From assembly GCA_973851085.1 (NCBI GenBank), contig OZ316775.1:6448001-6512000 (forward strand): a DNA stretch of 64,000 nucleotides, written 5' to 3'. Shown piece after piece: positions 25,701 to 38,074 of the stretch; the first letter of the stretch is position 1; the number at the start of each line of letters is the position of its first letter. The translations under genes and the position numbers were made by a program. The notes under the pieces were generated by a model. That model made no database searches, was not told where the DNA came from, and was given only the letters and a program-made list of their open reading frames with translations. This DNA is from Ptychomitrium polyphyllum (lineage: Eukaryota).

Positions 25701-28160
25701 CTCAGCGGCAGAGATCAACTATGATATACATAATAAAGAACTACTTGCAATTGTGGATGCGTTTGAAAAATGGCAACACTTATTGGAAGGAGCTCAACAT
25801 ACCATCACGATATACACAAACCACAAGAACTTGGAGTATTTCATGAGTGCGCGTGTTTTAAATCGCCGTCAAGCAAGGTGGAGTATGTCGCTTTCCAGAT
25901 TTGACTTTGTCATTACCTATCAATTTGGTAGCTTGCAAGGTAAGCCAGATGCCTTATCTCAAAGATCTTATTTAGCTCCTCAACCTGGAGATGATGTTTT
26001 GAATCAACAAAGGACTATTTTATTGAAGAGTGAGAATCTTCAATTGAAAGCAACGATTATTACAACAACATTCCATTTTGACAAAATTCGGAAGGCTTTG
26101 AAGAATGACGTCTTTGTTTCAAATATAAAGAAGTGCCTCAAAGACAATGAAAATCATTCAAATAGCGATGAGGATTTTGAATTCCAAAAGGGCCTCCTTT
26201 ATAATAAAAGACTTTTGTACCTACCTCCAGGCCTTTTGCGGTTGAAGATCCTTCCAGCACGTCATGATTTTCTAGCTGGAGGACATTTTGGATTCAATAA
26301 AACAATGGAGTTGATTACTAGAGACTATTGGTGGCCACAAATGTGGAAGTACGTGAAGGACTTTATTCAATCATGCGACACTTGTGCAAGAGCCAAGGTA
26401 CCAAGGTACCAACCTCATAGTCTCTTCCATCCGCTTCTAGTGCCAAAGGGGCCATGGTTGTCTTTATCAATGAATTCTATCACGGACCTTCTAAACTCCG
26501 ATTCTAAGGATTCTATTTTGGTAGTGGTGGATCGATTTACCAAAATGGCACATTTCATTCCATGCAACAAGACGGTAACGGGAAAAGAAACTGCCAAGTT
26601 GTTCCTAAATCACATCTACCTCATACATGGACTACCAAATGATATTGTATCCAAACAAGGGCCGCTGTTCATTTCCAACTTTTGGAGGGCTCTATTCTAG
26701 TTGTTGCGTATAAAGATCAATCTTTCTTCAGCACACCATCCAAAAACTGATGGCCAAACGGAACATGTGAATCAAATCTTGGAGCAGTACCTTCGTTGTA
26801 GCATAAACTACCAGCAAGACAATTGGATGGACCTCTTGCCTTTGGCAGAATTTGCTTACAACAATACGGTGCATTCTTCAACAACTCAAAGTCCATTCTT
26901 TGCAAACTATGGCCATCATCCTTGAGCAAATCCATTTCAAGTGAAGCATGTTGGAAGTCCTGCAGCAGAGGATTTTGCAATTCAACTTGCTAAAATCCAT
27001 CAAGAAATTACATTCCAGCTACAACAAGCTTAAGATCGTTACAAAACTTATGCAAATCGCCATCGGAAGGACCATCCAAAGTTCAAGATATGGCTCCTAC
27101 AATGAAATATACAGACAAATAGACCATCAAAAAAGTTGGACTATCAAAGGCTGGGACCGTTTGAAATCAGCAAACAAATAAATCCGGTTAGTTATCGCCT
27201 AAAGCTACCACCAAGCATGCATATTCATCCAGTGTTCCACGTATCGTTGTTGGAAACCTATAACAAATCATGTATACTAGAGAGAATTGTCCCTCCGCCT
27301 CCTCCGCTGGAAATCGATAATGAAATTGAATATGAAGTGGAAGAGATCTTAGATGCACGCATTAAAAACGGACGTGTGGAGTACCTTATACATTGGCAAG
27401 GATATGGCATCAATGACCGAACATGGGAACCTTCAACAAATGTAACAAATGCATCCGAGAAGGTACGCGAATTTCATCAAAGATATCCTCAGAAACCAGG
27501 TCAGTGATGATGTGTCATCAGCAGCTGTTAGCTTCACAGAGAAGTTTTTCCGTCATAGACAAGTATAAAAAGGGAGGAGAGATATTTAAGCCTCCAATTG
27601 TATGGAGTATTATTTCCAAGATAGACCATTTCCAGATCCTAGCCAGTATATCAAATCTTCGTGTTATCATGGATATGCGTGAAGAGCAGTCGGCCATGCC
27701 TTCATCAACAACAGCATCTGTTGAGCCAACTGAACTTTCACAGCCCTTGGTAACGGAGGATCTAAGTCAAGATATGAGAGGGACATCCCAACGTCGAATA
27801 TGACCTCGTGCAGAAGTACTGACTAGTCGCCCTTCACATTCCAGTATTGATTCAGATGCTCGCGCTCTAGTCATCTTGTTAGAAATTGGAAGAGTCATTC
27901 TTGGAGGACCTGAGGTTTTGTTTGGAGGATGTTTTGAAGGACTTAATCAAGATCAGATCTTGGGATGGAACATCTCAACAACAGAAGTCTTGGCTGGTGG
28001 CCATCAGTGCTACTTGCGAGGACCAATTGAATCAGTGAACAAAGAACAACGAGCAGAGTATGTTGCTTCACTCCTTTGACAAATTTTGGAATTTGTAGAA
28101 ATGTGATATACAAGCCAAGAGAAAGCTCCTCATGGGACTTGTTGCTAAATAGAGAGGTGA

Positions 28161-28866
28161 TGTCACGGACATAGATTATGCAACATAGTCCTTAGAACAT
28201 TCTAGAACCTTCTAGTATACAATAATAGCTTCTTAGAATACTTTTAGATGTCTCCATAGTCTTTCCATGTTCTTGGGAAGCTTCCTAGGAAAGTTCTTCC
28301 ATTTTAGGAAACTTCCTAAGAAAGTTCCGCTACCTTAGGAAACTTCTAAGGAAGATTTCAACTCCTTGGAAGCCTCTTAAAAAGGTTCCAACATTGTAAG
28401 AAACTTTTTGAAAATGTTCCTTAGACTTCTTAAATATTCTTAAGCCTTGTAGGAAGCTTCCTTAGTTTTATTAACACAAGTTGTGGATCATCTTGAATCC
28501 TACCTTGCTCTAGTCTTTGTATCAAGTTTTTGTTAATCATTAGCTCTTTGGAAGCTAATTCTTGGGAATTACTTCGTTTCTGCTTCTTGTTTCTTGTGTC
28601 CCTAACAAAAGGTTCCTTAGACTTCTTGAACATTCTTAAGCCTCGTAAGAAGCTTCTTTAGAAGTATCCTAGGAGATACAAACATCATAATATAAATAGG
28701 AGGTAAGATACGGTATTCCTTAGTTTTGTTAACACAAGTTGTGGATCATCTTGAATCATACCTTGCTCTAATTTTTGTATCAAGTTCTTGTTAATCATTA
28801 GCTCCTTGGAAGCTAATTTTATGGGAAATACTTCGTTTCTACTTTTTGGTTTTTTTGTCCCTAACA
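28161..28866 (+). repeat. 3' LTR of element C with tandem duplication of its 3' half (first end 28607, second end 28866)
   Basis: The acacaagttgtggatcatcttgaatc...gtccctaaca block occurs twice; the first copy lacks the TATA segment. Confidence 0.85.
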
Positions 28867-30620
28867 ACCGAGGTATAATCAAAGTTTAATTATCTTGTGG
28901 ACGTTGAAATAGATGATTATTGCATTTCAAAGCTTGACTAATGGCCTCATCAAGTGTTCAAGGATTTGGCATAGATAGTAACAAATCCTTAACCTTGTTA
29001 CATACACCCCAATGAAATTGACTCATCAACGCTTCGTCTCTCCAATGGATGTTGCATCTAAGTTGTCAAAATTTTGATGCATAAGTTGACATATGTTGAA
29101 AAGGGTGGAATATATAAATTGATCCTGGTTAAAGTTTCTTTGTATAGGACTAGAGCTTGATAGGTTGCTAATGGTCAAAGGAGTTTCAAGGAAGAGATTG
29201 TAGACGATATGGAGGCTAGGGTTAAGAAAAAGCAACAAGGGTTTATATAGCGGCTAGGGTTAGGACAGCCGTTAAGGTTAGGGCGGCGACTACGGCAGCT
29301 AAAAATGACCGCCACATTGCACTCATTAATAGAAGCAAATGCATAGCCGCCAAGTGGCACATTTTGGTGGATGACTTCGAAGTATAAGTAAAGGGGTTTT
29401 AGAAGTGGAAGTCATCTTGCTCCACACTTCTCTTGTTGCAACTGTACTCTCTCTTCTTGCTTGTTGTACTAGCTTTGTTGCATTGCTTTAATAACATAAA
29501 ATGTGGGCCTTGGCGCCAGACTCAAACCTTAATAGTTGCAAAATGGAGCTTATCATGGTCACCAAATGCTTCTACAAATGCGGCTACAAACACATCAAAG
29601 TTGCTAAGTATGGGAAAATTCTTTTCAAAAAGTGGTGCAAATTAAAATTATGCTTGTTTTAAAAGCAACATTTCCACGAAATCAACGTATAAAACGTCCT
29701 TAGGATAATGTTGAGGTTGGAATAAAGTAACAAGTTGAATTTGGTTTATAAAGCCTTAAAATTTTGAACGCATACCATCAAACTTCTCCTGAAAGCTAAT
29801 TCTTAGTTTTTGGTCGTTGACATTCAATTCTCACCTCAAACTTGTCCATCTTTTACTAAGTCAGGTCTAAACGATGAAGCACTTAAGTTGACTTGGGATA
29901 TCAATTGTGATGCCTTTGTTCCTTGATCGTTATACATGGTTAAGTAGAGTTCTTCATTTTGCTTAAATAAAGCCTTAACTTTGATCCTCAATGCTTCAAG
30001 GGCATTGATAATGGAATCTAACTTTGCTTCTTTTAAATCAATCATATTGATTTCTTCACCTTCTCGCATAAAAATAAAATAGAAACAAATAAAAACTATT
30101 AAATTTGCAAAAAATCAAAGAAAATTTAAGAGGCAACATCAGTCTAGGAGACAATAATCCACAACCTCTAAAATGCTATAGTGCTTTCAAGAAGAAAGGT
30201 GACTTGCTCTCTATCAAGAAAGACCAAGCTTTAATATAATAGTATGACAATCTTAACAAACTCTTATAAATAAAAGTAACAATAAAACAAGGCTTCAAGA
30301 TTCCAAAATGTGGAATAAGATATGTCCAAGATATATTAGAAGTAAAGAGCTATAACAAAGTATAAAGACAAGATTAGAAGGTCTGAGCTAAACCACAAGA
30401 GATGCGTTGTCAAAACTAAAGATCTTTTCAGCCTCGACTCCTATACATACAAAGACTACAAACCTAGGAAGCTTCATAAGAAGCTTTTATTATACTGCTT
30501 TATACTCAAGCAACCTCAAGTTGCTTCCTTCGAAGCTTCTTAAGCCGAGATAATTTTTTGGAAGCTTTTTAAACCATCTAAGAATCTTTCTTGATGCTTC
30601 TAATATGTATGTCCGTGACA
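28867..30620 (-). mobile_element. Truncated family-A Gypsy element D: LTR ~30620-30262 plus gag
   Basis: Minus-strand gag MREGEEINMIDLKEAKLDSIINALEALRIK matches element A gag; LTR terminus gtccgtgaca at 30611-30620. Confidence 0.85.
29094..29493. mobile_element. Solo LTR (400 bp) of an unrelated family inserted in the gag of element D
   Basis: Flanked by a 5-bp direct repeat ACATA (29089-29093 and 29494-29498). Termini TGTTGAA...TTTAATA form a decayed inverted repeat. Removing the insert restores colinearity with element A gag. Confidence 0.75.
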
Positions 30621-32783
30621 CATGCTTTATTGCCTTCAATAACGCTCTAGCTCCAATAAATAAGGTTTTATCAACTTAAACCTATGAGATGCATGAAATT
30701 CTTTTTTAAGCTTGGTAATTACAAGTTTTGGTTTAGAAAATTATATTTTACAAAATGCCCAAATCTATATGCAAGTTGTACTTTTTAAGCCCCAAGAAAA
30801 CCTCAGAATGATGGAACTTGATACAGACCTAATGACATTAAAAATTATTTGGCTAATGTAGTTATTTAATGTTTTTTAATAGAATGGTTTTACAAATCAT
30901 ATCCTTGGAAGATAGAGGTTGGCCATCTATGACTTTTATATCGACAAACTTTGACTTTCTAATAAGATTTTTATATATATTTTCAAGAAATCCTCATCAA
31001 TAAATCAAACAAAGGCCTCCAAATTCAACAAAGCAAGGTTTTTGAATTTTTGACATCCAAATAAATAAGAATAAAAATAAGCCAATAGAATAAGATCTAT
31101 TTTTTCTTCCAAAATAAGCAAATCTAGTCACACAATCCCTACTATGGCTAAATACTATTATTTTCTTGGCAAAATAATCAACAATGTAGTTGTACTCTTC
31201 ATTTAATATGTATATAGGGATTTCTTGGAATATTTATCAACCTTGCGGCTAGGTTTTTTGTAGTACAAATACAAGTCTTATTTCCTTTGATGCTTCTTCT
31301 TGTGTTTGCTAAGGAATTTGAAACAAACCGCATCAATTTGCATGGCCTCTATTTCCAAATACTTATTAAAAGTAGACAAAGCCAAGGCTACTGAAATGTT
31401 GGTATACGGCCGACATATAATTATAGCTTAATTATTTTGTCAATGTTAAAATAGACAATTATCACACTTTAAAGTTTGGATGGTGGCTTCATCAAGTATT
31501 TAGGGATCTAGCATAAATAGCAACAAATTCTTGACCTCATCACATACACCCCAATAAAATTAACTCTTCAAAGCTTCTTTTCTCCAATTAAAATTGCATG
31601 CGAGTTATCAAAATTCCAATGCATTGTTTGATATTGTACATGGTCCTTGGCATAGGGTGCAAATCTTAGTGGTTGTAGAACAAACTTGTCATGGTCACCA
31701 AATGCTTCTGCAAATGCTGCTAGAAATGCATTTAGTTTACTCGCTATAGAAGAATTCTTTTCAAAAAGTGGTACAAACCAAAACAATGTTTATCTTAAAA
31801 ATAATATTTCTATTAAATTAATGCATAAAGCATATGTAAATATATATGTAAATATGTAAATATGTAAATAAAGTTGGAACAAGGTATCAAGTTGGAGTTG
31901 TTTTATAAAACTTTAAAATTTCTGAATTTGTATTATCAAACTTTTCTAAAAGGCTAATTCTTAGTTCTTTTGTTGTTAATAATAAATTGGCAACTTGAAT
32001 ATATGCGCCTTCTATTAAAACAAGCCTAAACAATGCAATACCAAGGATGGCTTGAAATATCAACTAACGTGCTTTATTCTTATGACTATTATGTATGGTC
32101 ATATAAAGCTTTTCATTTTGCTTGAATAAATTTTTTGTTTTGATTCTCAATGTTTTAAGTACATATATAATCAAATTTAATGTGGCTAATTTTAAATTTG
32201 TCATATTGACTTCTTCACCTCTTAACATGAAAATGAAAAAGAAATAAACAATTCCAACTAAATAAATAAAAACTAAAAAAAAATTTAAGGCGATATTAGT
32301 CTAAAAGAGGATAATCCGCAACTTCTAAAGTGCTTCAGTATTTCAAAAAAGAGGGATAATTCATTCTCTATTAAGAAAAACCAAGTTTTGATATTATTAT
32401 ATGGCGGTCTTGACAACCTGTTATGGACAAAGTAACGACAAGACAAGAGTTCAAAACTTTAAAATATAGAATAAGATATTTCTAAGGTATATTAAAAGAA
32501 AAGAGATATAACAACATACAGAGATAGGACTAAGAGGTCTAAGCTAGACTACAAGAAGTACATTGCCAAGACTAAAGATCTCTTTTGCCTCAATTCCTCT
32601 ATATACTACAACTACAAGCTTTTAAAGCTTCTTAAGAAGCTTTTAATATAATTTTTTGTACTCAAATAACCTCAAATTACTTCATTAGAAGCTTCATAGC
32701 TAAGTTACTACTTTGGAAGCTTCTTTAGCCTTTTTAAACCTTATAAAAATCTTTTCACAAGCTTGAAATATATATCTATGTAA
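30621..32783 (-). mobile_element. Older family-A Gypsy element E: LTR ~32783-32419, gag and protease region
   Basis: Gag fragment FWFVPLFEKNSSIASKLNAFLAAFAEAFGDHDK; LTR and 5' UTR colinear with elements A and D; heavy C-to-T decay. Confidence 0.8.
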
Positions 32784-34961
32784 TAACATTTAAACTAGCA
32801 CTTGAAAATAAACAATATCTATTTTTGAAAGTTTAATGATTAAAAATTGTGTATACAAGATTCTACTTAATCTTTTACTAGAGTAGTAAAATGGTCTTTT
32901 TTTTTATTTTAGATTATTTGAATAAACTACATTTCTTTTTGCCTTGCTTTGCAGAAAAAAAAATTTAAGAAAATAATAATAATGAATTTTAGATAATTTT
33001 GGTGTTTAAATTTTGATTTGAAATTTTTGTATAGAAAATAAAGTATTAATAAGGCAAAAAAGACACAATGGCATGCTTATAATCTTACATATTAGAATTT
33101 TTTTTTGAATTTGGAAACAATTTTAAAAAAAATAGAAAATTATTCAATTGATTCTAAAGCATTTTTTAAAGATTATTTAGCTTCTTTAGTTTTTTGTAAC
33201 ATAAAATTATTTCTTGTAAACTTCATATTTGAACAAATTAGAATTTTTTTTTAAATTCTCAATAGATTTATGCAAAATGGAACTATGAAATGAAAAATAC
33301 AATAGACAATTATGTAGATTTAAAAAATTAAATGGTGACATAAAATACAAGTGGTTAATTTTTTAATTAATAATTTGAATATATTATTATTTTTATTTTT
33401 AATAATTAGAAATAACTAATTTGAATTATAAATACCAAATTTATTATTTATATTAAAATATTAAAAAAACTCACATGGTTAACATTTATAGAAGAATATG
33501 TATACAATTATAATTTTTATTATACCTTTTAACTATGTTTTAATACAAAAGCACACCTCAATCACTAATAATAAAATGAAATAAAAGATTGCAAACATTA
33601 TTATCATTATAACAATTTTGTAGAGTTGAAATTATAATATAGTTTAATAAGTATATAGATGTTATATTTAATTAACTACAAATTATTAGAGTGAATGTAC
33701 TTATGTAAAGGCTTTTCAAATCAATAATTTGAATGAGAATAAATTAAGAAGAAAATGAAATTTGAAAATCGTTTGAAAATATTGACTTAATTCAATTTTA
33801 TCAATTGTTGAATATGACAAATTTGTTTTTAAAACATGCAATGTATATGCAAGAACAATATAACTAATAATTTAAAGAGTGTTTATATAATATTAAAAGT
33901 TCAAAGTCTTTAATTCCATCAATATCTTCAAACATCAATTGATGAATATTTTTTAAATTTTATAAAAATTTATGTAATTATTGAATCATATGCGAAGTAA
34001 ATTTCCATAATAACAATCAAATTGGATTTTGATTGATCTATAATATGGCACCATATGGCACCATAATATAAGAAAGTTTTCACAAATTTCTTTGAATTAT
34101 TTTTTGAACTTGTTTAAATAAGTAAACCAATTTACATAGCCAAGGAGGTGGTTAAGCTTAAAAGTCATTTACATCCAAGCTATAACTCAGGTTTGCTCTA
34201 AGTTCTTTAAAAATGTAAAGTATCTCACTTACTATAAATTTTGTAGTCATTCTTTGAGATTTTATTCAACATTTATTGTATAATAAACTCTAAATGAAAT
34301 CAATTAAAAAAATTCTTTACTTCTAAAATTAATATATATTGACAAGCATTTCTTTTGATACTTTTGGTGGTATTGATAAAATAATCCTACATTGATTTTG
34401 AATATTAAAAATTCATTTTATTTCATTTTAAGAAGCTAATTTTTCCAAAAATTATTGACAATGGTTGTGAAAAGCACTTCATCACCTTTGTTCTTAAATT
34501 TTGAATTTTCTTGTTAATATTTTAAAATTTGTTCATACTATTCTTCATAATCATTTTTTTTATAAAATTTTATTTGATATACATATGTAAATCAAAGTAG
34601 AAGCTTTAGACAAAGCGAATTTCAAAACCAAATATATTATCTACATATACAAAAGGAGAAATAAACACCATCTTTGAAGATATGTTATATAGGGAAAAAT
34701 CAAATTTTCTTCAAGTTTAATTTCTTTCACATGAAGTAAGTCATGATTGAGGTAGGGTTTTTATATTGAAGGTATAAATAGAAGTGAAGTGCACTAGTTC
34801 TTCATTCTTGCCTATTTATCTATTATCTTTTATTAATATCTCACTTCTATTCTTATTCTATTCTTAATCTCCTCCTTGTGTTAAACTTCTTGAGTATATT
34901 TGGAATTCATTCTATGATACATTAGAGCTTATCAAAGTTTTGAGATTTGCAGATAGAGAAC

Positions 34962-35480
34962 ATGGTTAACCCATTTGTTCCTGAGGTGGGAAATGCTTTT
35001 AAGGATCGCAACTACAAAGTTCTTTATCGATCACCAGAAGCTGGAAGTCTATTCAATGCCAGTCTGACTGATGGTGTTGTAAAATCTATTGTCACTTCAC
35101 GGGAAGTTCACATGAAATGAAGGACTGTAGGCTTCAATGAATTTAAGCAAAAATGAACACAGTTGATCTCATGATGCTCAAGGTCGTGGACTATCAGTAA
35201 TGGTCACTGGATCACTAATCTCTACTAAATCAAATGATAAGAGAAAATCTGTCCAGGGCTTCCTATTAGCCCCACACGAGAGTGGATACTATGTTTGACC
35301 GACATTTTCCGCGTTATTAATGTGGACACTGAGCAGCCTTGTGCTTCCGCCAGCAATCCTGAGCCACCAATCAACCTACTCCAGAGCTAGTTGTGGAACA
35401 AGAAGTATTATTGCCGAAGCTTGATCCCGAGGTGGTAAAGGAAATCTCACCTACTTTGCAGGAAGTCCAGTACCAAGCTG
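34962..35480 (+). pseudogene. Intronless pseudogene of an NTF2-domain (G3BP-like) protein
   Basis: Own translation across frameshifts and stops: EVGNAFKDRNYKVLYRSPE...VMVTGSLISTKSNDKRKSVQGFLLAPHESGYYV/DIFRV, matching the G3BP NTF2 pattern VGNAFV.QYY..LHQSP...VTG.L...F.Q.FFLAPQ..GYFVLND.FR. A Pro/Glu-rich stretch follows. Confidence 0.72.
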
Positions 35481-35762
35481 TAGTAAATGGTTAGTTTAGT
35501 GATTTTCCCCAACTTTTAGAAGTAGAATAGTACATTGACAAAGTGCTAAGTTCATCCCATGTCCAGATTTTCTGTGCAGGAAGTGTCGTGAAATTTTTTC
35601 TAATGATTCCTTCAGAGCTGCAACGGTTTGAGGCAACATCACATACTAGTTGTACTTTCTATGGATTTCCCCTTGAAGGCAATTCGTCCAAACCTTGTTC
35701 GCCAACGCTACTTGCAGCTACAAAAACTCACTATACTCAAAATGGATAAAGCCCTAAAGAAT

Positions 35763-38074
35763 TTAGTCTTCCTTGTGTGGGTCAACGCTAGATCCAGCAA
35801 AAGCACTTGGCGCTGGTGCACTTGGCTCTCCACCTGCCGGACTCTCCTGTCGAAGAGCAGCTCCTTGTTCCCTATTCTTTCTAAACCACTGGAAAAATAA
35901 TACAACCAACAAAGCAAGAGCTTGTAACATCTGAGTGGTGTTCTCCGTCGCCTTCTCATACAAGGTCGGAGCCTTCACTTTCTGCATCTTGATTGTGTTC
36001 TCTCTATACCCTTGCAGAAGCTCCGAAAGACTCGACTCCATCTTATCTCCAACAAAAGCGTCCACTTTTTCACTCTGAAACCAAGATGAACATCAGGAAT
36101 TCAGGAACTCTATGAGAGCATCAGAAGAAACACCTGATAAGAGGATTTTCTAACAATGAGAACAACGGTTGCACCTCTCTTTATTTTCTCCTTTTCTGTA
36201 GAAGGGCAAAATTTCAATGCTTCCTTCATAGAGCTATAGAGGTTTTAGTGTTACAAAGCTCCATTGCAAATTATAATTGAAACTCGCAGTAGGTGCCTAC
36301 GATGTTTTGAATGACTTACTTTGGCATAAAATTGTTTATACCAGATGATAACGGTGGGCAGCACAGGCTTTTTGCCTAGAGCAAAAGGGCGGACGAATTT
36401 TGGCCATTCGGAGGCAACCATGCTTGAGAAAACAAAATCTCGATTGGCCTTAGCAGCTACTCTCATCTTTTTTATGAATGCATCAGCCTCGACTGAGTTA
36501 CTGTCGAGGATGGTGACAACGTTTGGGCGACTGTCTTCCGCCAGGAACTTCAAGCTGTCAAAATTTACCGGTGTCACCAATGCCAGCACGTTCCGCTTCA
36601 CAAAATTGGTCAGATCCGGACCTGAGAGCAAACGGATAGGAGCACCAGAAGTGAGCCCGTTAAAGTCCGAGTAAACGAAAGTAGCGAGATTCTCTATACC
36701 TCTCGTTACTACTTGAGTCACTATGAAACCCCAAACACTTCTTCCACAAATACTACCAAGTTCTCGAAATGCAAATACCTTCAAAAGGACCGTAAAAAAC
36801 ATCTTGCACTTCATTTTCTCCACGCAACACTACCAGTGCATGTCTTTCGTCAAACTGGAAGTCATCGTGGGCCTTCTCAGAGTACTCCCCCAACACAGCA
36901 AACCACCCCTTATTTCTATATTTTTGTGCCAGCTTCGCCAACGTAGATGCTTCCAGACCAAATCCTACAAAGATGGGCAACTCCGAACCATGTGTGTCTA
37001 GGAAGTCTCGGAAACGAGACTCAGAAGTGTAGACCTCAATGGCAGGAGCTGTTAGACGTCTGACATGTGTGACCAAGGCATGGGCACTGTGAGGACCGTC
37101 ATAACTCGTAGGATATCCATTGGCAAAAAACTTCAGTGTCGGGTAGAAACTGGGTACACACGGGATCAAATACACAGCAGAGTGACTACGGGGGTCCAAT
37201 AAACTTTCCAAGCATCTCAAAGCCCAGACCCATCATAAAGCAGCATCTAAGCATTTGAAGAAGTTATCAAGCATAAGAGTAAAGTGCATCCCTCAAGGCT
37301 CTTCACAGTAGACTCTAGGACGCCTACTTTCTTCGTAGAAGACATGCCGAAAGATTAAAAAAACCCTTCTAAGACGAGCAAAGACAAAAAAAAAGATGAC
37401 CGTGATGTCGCATTGAAAAAACCAAGCTAGAAATCGAACTAAGATGCCGCGAACAACAGCCCTAGAAAGATCAAAGCGAGGTTTCCTAACTATTTTACAA
37501 AATGAACATAGGAGTGAACCTTATGTCGTATTTTGCAACCGCACTCCTGTACTTGTCAGCGTTAATCTTCGCCACCACGATCGGTGGTTCACCATCTGCT
37601 AGCATGGGAGCTGCCCGGTCCAACTGCACATAGAATCCGTTTCTCGTTAATTAGAAACTCCCACCCTAATACAAGCTGAACACAAAAACCTAATTGACAC
37701 GACCTCTGCAAGCAGAAAACACTTGTCAAAACTGAGCACAAACTAAAACCTAGATCGCAAAATTCAACCAACCCGACAGCAACCAGCCACAACCAGCCAA
37801 TATAAACAAGGCTCACAACACGAAGTAAGGAGAAGAAGCGCACCTCGGGAGACAAGTTTTGGCAATACTTGCACCAAGGAGCATAGAAATCGACCAGAAT
37901 ATGGTCATATTTGCTGACAGCAGCCTCAAGCGACTCATCAGTGAGCTCCACAACTGATCCCAGCTCAACAGCCTCCTCTAGATCATCCAGCTGCGACCCA
38001 CTGCTGAAAACAGCGATGTGAAGCAGAAGAGCAAACGCGAGCAGCTTGGTAACAATCATCATCGCTGTACTCAT
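35763..38074 (-). CDS. Protein disulfide isomerase-like, PDIL5-2/PDI8 type (signal peptide, a-b-b' thioredoxin domains, C-terminal TM); exons 38074-37844, 37623-37520, 37149-36779, 36621-36320, 36074-35763
   Basis: VDFYAPWCKYCQNLSPE, IVVAKINADKY, FYPTLKFFANG..YDGP, TM LQALALLVVLFFQWF, C-terminal HKED; all junctions GT-AG and in frame. Confidence 0.9.

Larger units (their letters stand above)
22300..28866 (+). mobile_element. Near full-length Ty3/Gypsy chromovirus (element C, Tcn1/Tf1-like); inactivated
   Basis: 5' LTR 22300-22779 (TGTCACGGAC...TAACA); gag 23017-24035 with zinc knuckle CLYCGKSGH; protease LLDTGA; RT YIDD; RNase H; integrase zinc finger (GHFGFNKT...CDTC); chromodomain [21 protein letters not shown] ending 27507; purine tract before 3' LTR at 28161. 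Confidence 0.95.

Noticed and set aside
36174..36233. Possible micro-exon in the PDI gene
   Set aside because: It would break the frame; direct splicing of 36320 to 36074 is in frame.
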